Shown here piece by piece: positions 15,023 through 29,786 of a stretch of DNA of 64,000 nt (position 1 is its first letter; each line of letters begins with the position of its first letter). The stretch lies in the NCBI RefSeq assembly GCF_009914755.1, contig NC_060926.1. The stretch is one strand, 5' to 3'. Under the pieces are notes generated by a model. That model had not been told where the DNA came from, searched no databases, and was given only the letters and a program-made list of their open reading frames with translations. A program made the translations under genes and the position numbers. This DNA is from the human T2T-CHM13v2.0 reference genome, Homo sapiens.

Positions 15023-18000
15023 AACAGGAACCTTTATAAGTACTATTCTTACATCCTTTTAGACATGGAAGCTTTTTTTTTTTCCTGTATCACAATAAGT
15101 ATTTTTTTTAAGCCCTCAAATGACCCTTTGAGTCCCTCTACTCCTGATCTTCCATTCATTTTTTTCCCCAAAATTTTAGCTCTGGTTTCAAAAGCATTGT
15201 TAATGTTAATAGAAAAAAAATAGTGACCTAAGGAATGAACTCTTTAATCATGATTGCTTTCCTCTTCCATTTGAAATACGCTACCTTTGAAACATCTCCA
15301 CATTGTTCTCCAAGTACCATTCAAAAGCCTCTTCTCTCGTTTGTGCATATACTGCTAAGCACATCTCCCTTAACCCGCCTCAAGATTCTCATTGAAAATA
15401 ACACAGAATATACAAATCGAAGAAAAGAAACAATCAAACGAACAAATCACTGTAGGAGCAATTGAAAACTGAACACTCATCATATGAAATAATAATTTTA
15501 CTGAAAATCTTATTTAAGAAAACTCATAAAACTACATCGTAAAATTATTTCTATTTTCAGATGCCTTTGCTCTGCCTCTAGAAATCAGTTTCCTGGGTGG
15601 AGATGAAAAGATGGGGGATTGGGAAATGAAAGAAAACCTAAACCTCCTTACTTTTCCTGAGATATAACTTGCTCTGCCTAACTAATCCAGCCTTAGAAAT
15701 AATTCCTGACATTCAGGTTTTATTTTCAAATTCTGTCCTAATATAAACGCCAGTTTGTTTGTTTTTTTATAATCTATAGACTTTACCTACAGAATTGTAG
15801 TTGTAACTAAAATTGTCTTTAACTTATTGGATCCGATATGATTTGCTTCTCAGATCCCTTGTCTCATTGCATGTACTTATGCCAACCTGTTGAAGGCAAT
15901 AATGAACCTAAGACACACAGAGAGAGAGGCAGAGATAAAAAGGGAAAGAGAGGTCTGCTCTGAAGGCCCAAAGCAGAGCTGATCTAAATTGCCAATCTAT
16001 GGGAATTTTCAATTGAGAGCCTTAGCCAAACCATTGTCATACACCAGGAAACTGGGAGGAAACATTTTATTGGAGAGTGAACCTGATGATAAAAAAACGC
16101 AAGCACACAATGATACCACAGTTCGGAATCCAGCTTTTGACTCACAAAATCACTTTCTTAGACTTGACTTAAATTTAGTGCTTTCCTGAAGCTAGAATGA
16201 GTTGGAAACAGCCTTCTTTTTCAATAATTATAAATTTTATCAACATTCGAAAGCAGGACAAAAATACATTGGATAATGTGATCAGAATTGAATTACTAAG
16301 TTTTCTAAGTGATATAGTTCTGATATCTGCATTTTCTCTATAGAAGTCTTTTATAGTTTTTTTATTTATTACCCCCAAATTACAATTAAGTTCATTGCAA
16401 CTTGAGGCCCTCCCCAATTTGACCTCAAACAAACTTTTATTTTACTGGTTCTGTATTTTATATTGCTTTAAAATTATTGTACGAGGTAAAACTTCTTAAA
16501 ATTTAGTTTAGCATCTTTTTATTTGTTTAACTTTTCCAGACTGAAAATATACTTTTTTCACCATTTCCTCACACACGTCTTTGCCTCTCTTCAAGGTCTA
16601 AATGATACTGGTTTCCTGAAGCCAACACAATTTTTCTTCCTGTCTTTGCTCTGCATGTTGGTTACTTATAACATTTTGCCTTGCCTTGGTGGTAATCATT
16701 TTTATGTTATATCTCTCATAGCATATTAAAATGGGAAGACTCAGGTACTGCTCTAATTACCTGCTCAGTTAGAATTGGTGCAGGAATTGGAATAGTTCCT
16801 AAAACTGTGAGGCATGTATTTATTTACTCAACTGAATAGAACTAGAGAGAACAAAGCTGGAGCTGACCATCCAGTCATGCTGACTATCAGAGAGCCTTGT
16901 GCATAAGGGGCCTGCTATAAACATTTATTCAATACATATTAAACACTCTTCATTTAAAAAATACAAGCTATTAGGAAAAAGAAAAGAAATTGTTTAAATT
17001 TTGAACTCAACAGGCCCAGTTCACTATCTCTTTACACTGTCATTAAATAGATTTATAAAACTGCAAATCCTTTCCCCTACAGGAAATTGCAGCCACTAAG
17101 ACTATTTTACTTTATATTTTATTATAAAAGACAATTAGGTTTTCTAAGAGAGACCAATTTCAAAATTCCTCTTTAAAAACTTTTTCATATGTCATTATTA
17201 AATCCGCCCCCAATCCCCAAAAAGATTTACGTATTTTTCCTGTGCTTCCATCTTTTTTATCCCCTCCCAAAGACCAACCTCCTGTACTTGGATATTAATG
17301 CCAAGTCATGTAGTGGAATAAACAGGCCATTAGCATTAAAAAACACACACCTCTTTTTTATTGAAAAATCCTTTTTATGACAGAAAGAACCTAAAATTTG
17401 CATTTAAATGGAGACTATTCAAGTAATATACTGCATGAGATTACTAGATTTTTAAATATGTGATTTTTATAAGGTTGATAAATACTGCCACTGTCATAGA
17501 ATTTTTTGGAAAGATTTCAAGAAGTAAAAGACTATTTCCAAAGCTAGAAAATTTAAACATTTATAATCTCTACATTCAGGAATTTTGATCTGCATTAAGT
17601 TCTCTATAATAAAGAGTCATTTTTCAACATTTAAAGTATTTAAAAGTTTAAAATGAAACATTAGATGGCATGCTTAGATTCTTCTTCATGCAAAATCAGT
17701 TAAATCCTCGATGTGACTATCCCATATTAAAATCATTTACTGTCAGTCACCTCCTGGGGTATACAATATTACAAATTTCTCTCTTAGTGAACCCTCTTAC
17801 TCTACAGTATCTGGCATATAAAGTTTCCGGTACAAACTAAAATTTGGATGAAACCATTACAAACCAACTAAAGTAGATTTAAAAATGCAGCCCATGATAG
17901 CAGTTATAAAACTTTATGGAGCTTATTAATTGCTTGAGATCTTGCCAAAAATTTTTTGAAATCTAGGAATTCTGATTTTGATTTGGGAGGGACATTGAAA

Positions 18001-18894
18001 GAGTATTTCAACCATGATGCCTGTCCATATGAATATGCATGGTAAATAGTAATCAATGATGCTAAAGTAACAAATATGTTGTAACCCTCTGTGTTAACAC
18101 AAAGGGTTAAATTGTTAAAGCGGGCTCATAGGAATGATAATTCTTACCTGATACCACACTTGATTAATAATTCACAGACTCAAACAAAAACCAAGCAAAA
18201 TATATGCTCTGGAGGAGCAGGCAATTATTAACCACAGTTCCCAATACATTTTTTGTCTTACATTAGGACACTGCTTGTTATTGGATTAACAGATTAGGTT
18301 TCCGAATGATGTATTCACAAAAACATAGTTCACAAAAGAAGCTGTTTCAATTTTGGGACTTACCAGCTTTACACTCTGTTAGTTGTATGACTGTAAAATA
18401 CATACTGGATAACTTCCCATTCTCCAGACAGCTATGTTCTATACATCTATAAATCCAGGATCGTTTATAATAAGTAATCTACAGAGGCAAAATATGTCCG
18501 TCTCAAATATTTACTTTGTAAAAATAGAAACTCTGTTTCTTATCAGGAGCAAGTTGATGCAGGACATAAGCACGTCTATGACAAAGTCTATTGGAAATCC
18601 ATCACCTCTCTTTGATCTTCTCAAAGAAGGTTCTCATCATCAAGAAGAAAATAACAACATTGCTATTAAATTATGTCTTCCCACTTCTACTCCTAAACTG
18701 TTCATAAGAAAAATCTTTACTTTAGACAACACATTGTCTTTCTGATATTATCTCTTTGCAAACATTCATACTATAACCGAGTCTTATTTCCTGAATAAAT
18801 TATCTGTCTTTTGATCAATGGATTATTCCCTAATTAAGGGGGATATTTCACTTTCTCTTTGAGGATGACCACCTGTTCTCTGTAGGAGTCCTGA

Positions 18895-19157
18895 TTTTTT
18901 TAATTTTAATTTTTAATTTTTGTGAGTACATACTAGTTGTGTATGTTTATGGGTAACATGAGATATTTTGTTACAGTTGTACTGCATAATAATCATGTCA
19001 GGGTAAATGGGGTACCCAACACCTCAAGCATTTATCCTTTTTGTTACAGACAATCTAATTATATTTTCTATTTATTTTTAAATTTATAATTAAATTATTT
19101 TTTAGTGCAGTCCCCCTGTTGTGCTAGAAAATACTAGGTCTTTATTCTTTCTAATTA
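18895..19157 (-). mobile_element. L1MA 3'-end fragment
   Basis: Antisense L1MA 3' UTR; similar to 19690-19950. Confidence 0.7.
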
Positions 19158-19347
19158 TTTGAATAAAGTCTTAAAAGAATAATTCTCATTGCATATCTTA
19201 GACGTTTTATATATATATATATCATTTTATATACATATATATATACACACACACACATACAATTGTTTTGCTTAAAGTAAATACTGTTACTAGCTAGTAG
19301 AAACTTTCATGAATATAGATTTGTACCTCTTTTATTGTACTTGAATA

Positions 19348-19670
19348 CTGCTGTGGTTTGAATGTGTCCCCAATCCTCTTAATCCCCAATGCAACAGTGT
19401 TAAGAGGTGGGAACTTTAAAGAGGTGATTAAGTCATAAGGGTTCTGCCCTTATGAATGGAATAATGCCATTATTACAGGACAGAAGTGGATTAGATATGG
19501 CAGAGTGTATTCCTGATAAAAGGATGAATTTGGCCCCCTTCTCTTCTTCCTTTTGTCCCCTCTTGCCCTTTGGATTTCCACCATGGAATGACAAAGCAAG
19601 TTGGCCCTTACAAGATGCCACCACATTGATATTGGACTTCCCAGCCTCTAGAACTGTAAGAAATATATTT
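19348..19670 (+). mobile_element. MaLR LTR (MSTD/MLT1A-like), truncated by L1
   Basis: tgctgtggtttgaatgtgtcccc start; ttggacttcccagcctctagaactgtaagaaat near the 3' end. Confidence 0.75.
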
Positions 19671-22093
19671 TTTAATTGTTTGTTTATTTTTTCTAATGTT
19701 TTACTTTTTATCTTTGTGGGTATATAGGTATATGTATTTATGAGGTACAGGAGATATTTTGATACAAGCATACAATGCATAATAACTACATTTTGGGAAA
19801 TGGTGTATCCTCCTCTCAAACATTTATTAACTGTGTTAAAAACAAGCTAATTATACTCTGTTAGTTATTTTAGAATGTACAATTAAGTTACTATTGACTC
19901 TAGTAAACATGTGCTATCAATTACTAAGTTTTATTCATTCTTTCTAAACATTTTTATGTACCAATTAACCATTCTCACCTCCCCCTCACTGCCCCTGACT
20001 GCCCTTCCCAGCCTCTGATAACCATCCTTCTACTATATCTTAAGGAGTTCAATTGTTTTGAGTTTTAGATTGCACAAATAAGTGAGTACATGCAATGTTT
20101 GTCTTTCTGTGCCTGGCTTATTTCACCTAACACAATGACCTCCACTTCCTTCCATGTTTTTGTAAACGACAGGATCTCATTCTTTTTTATGGCTGAATAC
20201 TACTCCATTGTATATATGTACCACATTTTCTTTATTCATTCATCTATTCACAGACACTTAGGATCTTCCACATCTTTGCTATTGTGAACAGTGCTGCAAC
20301 AAATATGAGTGTGCAGATGTATCTCTGATATTCTGATTTTCTTTCTTTTTGGTATGTACTCAACAGTAGGATTGCTGGATCATATAGTAGCTATATTTTT
20401 AGTTTTTTGAAGAACCTCCAAACTGTTCTCCATGGTAGTTGTACTAATTTACATTCCCACCAACAGTGTACGAGGGTTCCCTTTCTCCACATCCTTTCCA
20501 GCACTTGTTATTGTCTGCCTTTTCAATAAAAGCCATTTTAACTGAAGTGAGACAATATCTCATTGTAGTTTAGTTTGCACTTCTCTGATAATCAATGATT
20601 ATAACTGTTTTCCGTTTGCATGTCTTCTTCTGAGAAATGTCTATTCAGATCTTTTGCCCATTTTAAATCAGATTATTAGATGTTTTGGTTATTAACCTCT
20701 TGTCAAATGGTTAGTTTGGAAACATTTTCTCACATTATGTGGATTGTCTCTTCACTTTCTTGATTGTTTACTTTGTTGTGCAGAAGGTTTTTTAACTTAG
20801 TGTGATCCCATTTGTCCATTTTTACTTTGGTTGCTTATGCTTTTGGGTTATTACTCAAGAAAGCTATGCCCAGTCAAATGTCCTGGAGAGTTTCTCCAAT
20901 GTTTTTCTTTAGTAGTTTTATGGTTGAGGTCTTAGATTTAAGTCTTCAATCTAGTTTTATTTGATTTTTGCATATGACAAGAGATAAGGGGCTAGTTTCA
21001 CGCTTCTGCATATGGATATACAGTTTTCTCAGCATCATTTATTCAAGAGACTGTCTTTACCCCAGTATATCTTCTTGACACCCTTTTTAAACATGAGATC
21101 ACTGTAGATGTGTGAATTTGTTTCTGGGTTTTCTATTCTCTTCCACTGGTCTGAGTCTGCTTTTATGCCAGTAACATGCTGTTTTGGTTACTATAGCACT
21201 GTGGTATAATTTGAAGTCAGGTAATGTAATTCCCCCAAATTTGTTCTTTTTGCTCAGGATACTTTTGTTTATTCTGAGTCTTTTATGGTTTCATATAAAT
21301 TTTAGGGTTGTTTTTCTATTTATGTGAAAAATATCATTGGAATTTTGATAGGGATTGCATTGAATCTGTACATTATTTTGGGTAATATGGACATTTTAAC
21401 AATATTAATTCTTACAATCCATGAACATGGAATTTTTTTTCATTTTTTGGTGTGTTTTCTTAAGATTTTTTAAATCAGTAATTGATTGAGTAGGATTGCT
21501 GTTAGTTCCTCTTTAAATGATTGGTAAAATTCAGCAGCAAAGTTATTGGGTCCCAGGGTTTCTTCCTGGTTCAATTCAGTAGGTTGTATGTGTCTAGGAG
21601 TTTGTCCATTTCTTCTAGATATTCCAATTTATTACCATATAGTTCCTCATAGTAGCCACTAATGATTCTTTAAATTTCTGTAGTATCAGTTGTAGCTGTA
21701 ATGTGTCCTTTTTCATCTCTGATTTTATTTAGCTTTATCTTCTCTATTTTTTTCTTCATTAGTCTGGCTAAGGATTTGTCAATTTTATTTAACTTTTCAA
21801 AAGACCAACGTGTCATTAATCTTGTGTATTTTCATTTCAGTTTCATGTATTATTACTCTGATCTTTATTATTTCTTTTCTCCTACTAATTTTGGGTTTCA
21901 TATGCTCTTGCTCTTCTAGTTCTTTAAGGCGCATCATTAGATTAAGTTTTTCCCTTTTTCGATGGAGGCACTTATAGCTATAAACTTCCCTCTTACTACT
22001 GCTTTTGCTGTATCCCTTAAGTTCTTTTTGTCATGTTTCCATTATCATTTATTTTGAGAAAATTTTCAGGTTCCTTCTTAATTTCTTCATTGA

Positions 22094-22582
<489 letters not shown>

Positions 22583-23136
22583 TATTTCAGTATTTTTTGA
22601 TGTTTTAAGATTCACTTTTGACCTACCATATGGTCTGCCTTTGAGAATGATTTATGTGTTCAGAAGCATGTGTATTCTGCAGCCATAGGAAGTAATGTTC
22701 TGTAAGTATCGATTAGATCAATTTATTCTATAGTGCAGATTAAATCCAGTTGTTCTTTCTTGATTTTCTCTCTGAGAAATCTGTCCAATGCTGAAAGTGG
22801 GGTGTTGAAGTCTCCAGCTGTTATTTTATTAAAGTCTCTTTAGCTCTAATAATATTTGCTGTATATTCTGGGTGCTTCAGTGCTGGATGCATTTATATTT
22901 ATAATCATTTCATCTTCTTGCTGAATTGACCTTTTTATTATTATATAGTGATCTTCTTTGTTTTCTCTTACAATTTTTGTCTTGAAATCTATGTTGCCTG
23001 ATATAAGAATAGCTACTCCTGCTTTTTGTTTGTTTGTTTGTTTCCATTGACATGGAACATCTTTTCTCTTTATTTTCAGTCCATGTATACCATTATAAGT
23101 TAAGTGTGTTTCCTGTAGGCAACAGAGCATTGGGTC

Positions 23137-23137
<1 letters not shown>

Positions 23138-23170
<33 letters not shown>
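23138..23170. repeat. (TG)n microsatellite
   Basis: About 16 TG units. Confidence 0.95.
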
Positions 23171-23173
<3 letters not shown>

Positions 23174-24089
23174 TTTTCCATTCATCCATTCTGTCTTTTG
23201 ATTGTAGAGTTTAATTCCTTTACAGTCAACGTTATTATTAAGTAAGGACTTTTTTCTGCCACTTTGTTATTTGTTTTCTAGTTGTTTTGTGGTCTTCTCT
23301 TCCTTCTTTCCTTCCTGTCTTCCTTTTAGCGAAGGTGATTTTCTCTGGTGGTATGATTTAGTTTCTCACTTTTAATTTTTGGTATATACATTGTATGTTT
23401 ACCATGAGGTTACCATGAGGCTTTAAAATACCATCTATAACCCATTATATCAAAATGATGACAAATTAGCACTGATTACATAAAAAACTAGTACAAATTT
23501 TTTCCCCCACTTTCTAACTTTTTGTTGTTTCTCTTTATGTCTTATTGTACTATGTCTTGAAAAGTTATAATAGTCATTATTTTTTATTAAATCACCATTT
23601 AGTCTTTCTACTTGAGTAGCTGACACACAACAATTACAGCATTATAATATTCTGTGCATTCTCATGTGCTTACAATTACCAGTGAGTTTTTTTTTTTTTT
23701 AACCATCAGATGATTTCTTCTAGCTCATTAACATTCTTTTCTTTCAGACTAAAAATCTCCCAACAGCATTGCTTGTAGGACAGCTTTTGTTTGTGTAAGA
23801 AGGTCTTTATTAATCCTTCATGATCGAAGAATATTTTTGGAAGATATATTATTCTAGGCTAAAAGGATTTTTCCTTCAGTACTTTAAATATCTCTTGCCA
23901 CTCTCTCCTGGCCTGTAACATTTCCACTTAAAAGTCTACTGCCAAATGTATTGGAGCTCCATTGTATGTTATTTTTCTCTTTCCTTTTGTGGCTTTTAGG
24001 ATCCTTCCTTTTCCTTGACCTTCAGGAGGTTGATTATCAAATTCTTTGAAGGAGACTTCTCTGTGTTAAATGTGCTTTGTGTAGAAATT

Positions 24090-24595
24090 ATACTGACACC
24101 TATGACCATCTAATCTTCAACAAAACTGACAAAAGCAAGCAATGGGGAAAAGATTCCCTATGCAATAAATCCTATTGGGACAACTGGCTAGCAATATGCA
24201 GAAGATTTAAAATGGACCCCTTCCTTACACTATAAACAAAAATCAACTCAAGATGGATTAAAGATTTAAATATTAAACTCAAAACTATAAAAACTCTGGA
24301 AGACAACCTAGGTGATACCATCCTGGACACAGGCAGGAAAAGATGTCCTGACAAAGATATCAAAAGCAATTGCAACAAAAGCATAAATTGACAAGTGGAA
24401 TCTAATTAAATGTAAGAGCTTCTGCACAGCAAAGAAACTAACAACAGAGTAAATAGACAACCTACAGAATGGAAGAAAATATTTGCAAACTATGCATCTG
24501 ATGAAGGTCTAATATTCAGCATCTATAAGGAACTAAAACAAATTTACAAGAGAAAAACAAACAACCCCATTAAAAAGTGAGCAAAGAACATGAAC
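24090..24595 (+). mobile_element. L1P ORF2 C-terminal fragment
   Basis: Homologous to 6150-6690 and 40170-40665; no 3' UTR or tail. Confidence 0.85.
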
Positions 24596-24675
24596 GGCCT
24601 AGAAGTTCGAGGCTGCAGTGAGCTATGGAATGCCACTGCCTTTCAGCCTGGGATATGGAGTAAAACTGTCTCACA
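24596..24675 (+). mobile_element. Alu right-arm fragment
   Basis: gttcgaggctgcagtgagct...cagcctggg. Confidence 0.7.
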
Positions 24676-24689
24676 CACACAGAAGACAT

Positions 24690-25851
24690 CTCTCTCTCTC
24701 TGCACAACGGAGAAGACAGTGGCTTTAAACTTACATAGCTAGCCTCACCTTTTAAGATATTTTTCTTGGCAATCTTGTTTTCTCTAAGCCTTTACCGAAG
24801 CCCTATTTTGTTTCAGCAAATATTGGTGTTGGGACCCAAGTTCTGTTCTTTTGGGATGTAAATATCACCTGAGTCATGTTTTTGAAAGTGCAAATTTAAG
24901 AGCTGACTACTAACAATTGTTTAGACTTGATGAGTAAAGGGAAAAGAAACAATCTGAAATCTGGCAGAGGAAGGATTTATGAAGCTATAAAATTTGCATC
25001 TATCTGAGTGTCTCTGTCTAACTGTTTATATATGTCATGTGCATGTGATATTTCACTATTAAAATATATGAAAGACTTCTAATTAATTGTCTTAAAGAAA
25101 AAGTAAGCACTTAAGTATTTTATCAAAAAAATACAAACTAGCTCAAATGCCTTTCAGTTCATATGACTTGGCTACATCTTTCACAAATAATACTTGTTAA
25201 ATATTGTTGGTTTAATAAAAACAACTATGTCTTCTAAGTTATAAAAGAAAAAACCACATGTATTTAACTTTATGGATTTTGCTTTTATGATACTTGCCTA
25301 ACACACAGTAATATAAAAATTATGAAGAGAAAAATTAACTTGAGATGATGGCTAGCTTTGTTTAATGAACTATTCAAGCATAATTGTTAAGAATAAATTA
25401 AGTGAATGTAAATGTGATAAAAGGTCATAAGTGAACTTTTCATAGTTTCAAAGTTCTTTTCAGTAATTTAAAATCTTAAAGTCATGTTATGGTAAATTAA
25501 CTAATATGTAGTCATAAAATTTCTGAGTCATTTCTAAGTAAGTTAAAATACTGAAACATTATTAAATAAAAGTTTAAGTTTATATATTTTGGCATCTTAT
25601 ATTTATATGGTACAGGAAAGCTAAATATGTTTAGATCTGTTAATAAACAAAAAAATTGAGAACACATCTCTAAAAATCATGAATTGGTTTTTATCTACAC
25701 TGGTATAAAATAGTTCAAAATTATTTACTTCCTAAGGTTTTCACTGAAAATTAGGACTACTAAGAATTAATATTAAAATTAATACATGTAATTGAGATTA
25801 TAAATATAAGAAAAACAATTCTATATATTAATTGTATGAGAAAAGTGGGAT
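24690..25851 (+). mobile_element. AT-rich MER4-group ERV internal sequence (left part)
   Basis: AT-rich composition and motifs typical of MER4-group internals; continues after 31420. Confidence 0.55.
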
Positions 25852-26558
25852 TGTTAGAGTAGGTAGCCAGGCAGACATGTGCAAGGCAGGAGAGGGCCTC
25901 CCTCATCACCCACAGGAATGTCAGGTAACCATCAGGTGATGGTCAGTTGGTTGATAAATTGTGTCTCTAAAGAATACTTGCTTGTAGCCAGTGCCTGGAA
26001 AAAGCAGTCTCACAATAGATGGAAATTACCTGAGGTTGGTGATCAGCAGCTTCCTGATAAGATCTCAGGAGTTGGGTGAGTGGTCTTAAGCGTGCACACT
26101 AAGAAGAAAAATTGTGGTGTTTAACCGGTATATGACCTTCCTCTAGGAACACTTGACTGGTAAGGGAAAAATGCCTCAAATGAGCATGCATACAACTTCA
26201 GTAAACACACTGTGTATGTGGCCCCTCCCAAGTGCTGGCAGGCCACTGTGCATGGCCCAACCCTAAGGAAACATCAAAGGAGGAGAAACACAAACTTTGG
26301 AACCATGCCAATATACAAAAACCCCAAGTCAGGGGTCAGAAAGAGCACTTGGATTTCTCAAGTTGCCTGGTTGGCCTTCTTCCAGGTATACTTTATTTTC
26401 TTTCATTCCTGCTCTAAAACTTTTTAATAAACTTTCACTCCTGCTCTAAAACTTCCCTTGGTTTCTCACCCTGCCTTAGGTACCTCAGATGACTTCTTTT
26501 CTCTGAGGAGGCAAGAATAAAGTTTGCTGCAGACTCATTGGACTCACTGCTGCTGAAA
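25852..26558 (+). mobile_element. MER50 5' LTR
   Basis: tgttagagtaggtagc start; AATAAA at 26426; directly followed by a PBS. Confidence 0.88.
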
Positions 26559-26563
26559 TACTT

Positions 26564-26581
26564 TGGTGCTGTGGCATGGAT
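26564..26581 (+). promoter_or_regulatory. Primer binding site, tRNA-His-like
   Basis: tggtgctgtggcatggat versus TGGTGCCGTGACTCGGAT (14/18), just after the LTR. Confidence 0.7.
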
Positions 26582-28284
26582 ACATTCCCTAGTGGCAAGA
26601 AACTTCTATGTCTTGCCTTCTTCAGCTGGAAGCGTTCAACCCCTGTAACATAGTTTTTTTCTCTTCTTTTGCTCTCCTGCTTACTGACCAACTCCCAGAG
26701 TGATTCATCTCTGCCACAGTGGCTCTTCTCTGGCCAGCTGATCTATCCACTCACCATGATGGGTGTCTTGTGGGAATGGGAAGGACCTTGAAGTCTACAC
26801 TGAGGAGACCTGAGATGTTAATGGCTCTCTTAGATGGCAGGCTCACAACTGTTTTAGGGCTAAAGCCTAAGACCATGAAATGTCTGGGGTTTCCTCTGCT
26901 TTTTCAACTAAAATCAGCTCTTTCCCAAAACCCACGCCACCTATTCTCTTGTTTTCTTTACCTGTATTCTAAAATGGACTTACATACCCATCAGACCATC
27001 CACCTTGTGGGCAAGTCTGCCTTTCCTCTGCTTTCACTTTGTGTGCCATGTGACTTCCTTCTCTGCCTTAAACACACACTCCTTGTTTGTTATTTGTGTT
27101 CCCATGGCTCTTGCTGTTTGCCTGGCAGCCAAGAGACAAGCTCTCTTGCTGATGTGCCCTGAGATTTATACTTGCTTTTACTTTATTAGCTCAGATGACC
27201 TCCAACCCTTCCCCTGTCTGTTGGCTCACTGCTAGGACAGACACTACTTGGAATCCTGGCTTTTCCAGTTTCTTATGACTTACCATGTGCTTTTTGTCCG
27301 TTGTGTTCCAGGACTAAGGTTTTTGATGGCTTTTGAAGCAGTTTGTCCACCTGCATAGGGCCTCACTCTGTGGATCTTTAAGGAGCACACCTACTTGCTT
27401 TTTTTTGATTCAGTACCCTTCTTGAAGGAGGGGAAATTCTTCATTTGCCACTTGAAAACCCGTATTCCAAGCCCCAAGTCCTCCAGAGGTCCTCTTTTAT
27501 GTCAAGAGAGCAAATAAATGTTACCCTATGGAATCCAAGGGCTGCTGTGTTTGTGAGCATATGAAAGCTTTCTATGAGTCTCTCTCTCTCACTTTCTCCC
27601 ACTATCTCCTGCAACAAAGTGATTGTCCTGTCCCTTTAAACATTTGTTCTGCATGTTACCCCAGGAGGACAAGGAACCCCAGATACAAATTTTCCTCCGT
27701 TCCTCTAATCACTTTCATGCTTTTCTCAATGCACTTCTAGACCATCAAGGTCATATTCAAAAGGAGGAAAGTCCTGCTCATTTGTGGCACCTACCTGAAA
27801 AACAGGTTTCTCATCTACTTAAATAAAATGGGTTATGGGAATCTGAGAAAAAGAGATAACCATTTTGTTGCTTGGATGCTCCGAACAAGAGTCACTTTAA
27901 CGTCATGGAGACAAGGATATAGGCTGGCCCAAGACCACAGGCAGAAGAAACAAAAGTACCCATAGGACAGAGATGAAGGCTGATCCCAGACTGTAGGCAA
28001 AGAACAGATTACCATTAGAACAGAGATGAAGGCAAGGTTAGGGGTATTGGGTAAGACAAGTTCATTCTGGAACACCAAGGGTGAATAGGGGGCCCCCTGT
28101 TCATTCTGGTATTTCTTCTGTTCTCAAGTGGACAATTGTGATGAAATGGGACCTTTAAGCATATCTGGTGAGACCAGTTCTTTCTGGAAACCTAAGGATG
28201 AATGGAGGATGCTCTGTTCAAGAAAGGATAATAGGGAATAAGAGGGGATATCTCTTTTTTTTCTCCTCTGCTTTCTCTTTGCAG

Positions 28285-28770
28285 ATGGGTAATAGCATCT
28301 CCATACCACAGGACATGCCCCTCAAATATAGCCTTAAAAACTGGGAAAAGTTTGATTCCCCCAAACCTTGAAACCAACAATTAGGTTTCGTTTGTAATAC
28401 TGTGTGGCCTAAATACAAACTGGGAGAAAATTACAAAAGTCAGCCTTAGAACCCAGTCAGTGCCCTTATACAGAAAATCCTCAAATTAACCTCCTCAGTG
28501 TTTTATAAGACAGCAGAATAAAGAATAAATAAAGGCTAAGAAGAAGAAGAAACATGGACAAAGGCAGGCTCAACTATTGACTGGTTTACCAGCCCTGAAG
28601 CCCACTTCAAGTTGTCCTCAGAATACCCTCCAGGGTAACTGTCATCATCAGTGTGAGAAGCCAGGTCACTGGAAGGCAAATTTCCCCAGTGGGATAAATG
28701 GAAAAAAGCCCTGCATGACTTGGCCCCTCTGCCACAAGCTTGGCCACTGGAAACAGGACGGCCCCTGAGG
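28285..28770 (+). pseudogene. ERV gag remnant (matrix N-terminus plus nucleocapsid zinc knuckles)
   Basis: MGNSISIP..PLKYSLKNWEKFD, then frameshifted CNTVWPKYKL; degenerate CCHC motifs CHHQCEKPGHWK and PLCHKLGHWK. Confidence 0.8.
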
Positions 28771-29144
28771 TCCAAAAGGCCCTGGGACAGAATCCCAACC
28801 CCTGATGGCCTTGAGCTGAAGGGGCTCTCTCCTCCAGCTGGCTTCCAAATCAGACATCATTATCGACAGAACAAAGCCAAGGAAAACCCTACAGCCCTAC
28901 AGGTAGGAAGTAAAATTATAAATTTCTCTTTGGGGTTCACGAGCTGTCTACTCTGTGCTAATCTTCTCTGAGGCACCGTCCTCCAAATCCTGCTGCGTAA
29001 TGAGAGCAAATGGCACCCCATACCTCCAAAATAAAAGAATCATACTCCTTTGAGGCAAAAACATACTTTCCAAAATGGGTGCCTGCTTAATATTTTCCCA
29101 ACCTCTAAATTCATCTGTTATTTATACCAAAATCTTTAACCAAT

Positions 29145-29275
29145 AACCACAACTTGGAAAGTCCAATCTCAGGGTTTAGAAACAGCCCACACTTATCTTG
29201 ACAAGTCGTAGCAAAAATTTACCTGAGCAATCTTTTGATTGGGTATAACTTCTACAGTAGGTAGATAACCTTGTC
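29145..29275 (+). pseudogene. ERV reverse transcriptase core remnant
   Basis: QG(F)RNSPHL at 29170 and LLQ*VDNL at 29249-29272 (compare QGFRDSPHLF and LLQYVDDLL). Confidence 0.65.
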
Positions 29276-29786
29276 TGCTCCCCTCTTTACTGGACTCACA
29301 CAGCGACATGTACTAAAATTATAACTTCATAACATAAAAAAAAGACTTTTATCTAATTAAAAGGTTATAAAAGTAAATAAGTATTTTGGTAAGGAAGGTA
29401 ATAAAGAAAAGAGATTTTGTATAAAAGGAGATCTCATATGGTAAGTTCTTCTCCTAAATTAAAATGAATGGTTGTTTAAAAAGAGGAATGTTTAGGACAA
29501 GTCAAAAAGTCCAAACATGTCATAAATAGTCTGTGTAAGTCATAAGAAGATACATAAAATGGAATTTATGAAAGTAATGTAGTACAATTTTAAAGAGTCT
29601 TAGGAGTACTGAATGCTTTAAGGTCATAAACCAATACTATAACTTTTAATAACTGTACAACTTGCCTGATTTAAAGTCATTAAATTCTAGGCAAGGACTG
29701 GGGACATAAGGAGTCAGCCATGTCCACTAGCTATCCTGAAAAAAGTCAGGCTTTTATTTTGTTTTGACGTCTTCACCTGTCTTAAA

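Noticed and set aside
18434-18745. 103-aa ORF in unique sequence
   Set aside because: No recognisable domain or splice context; length is compatible with chance
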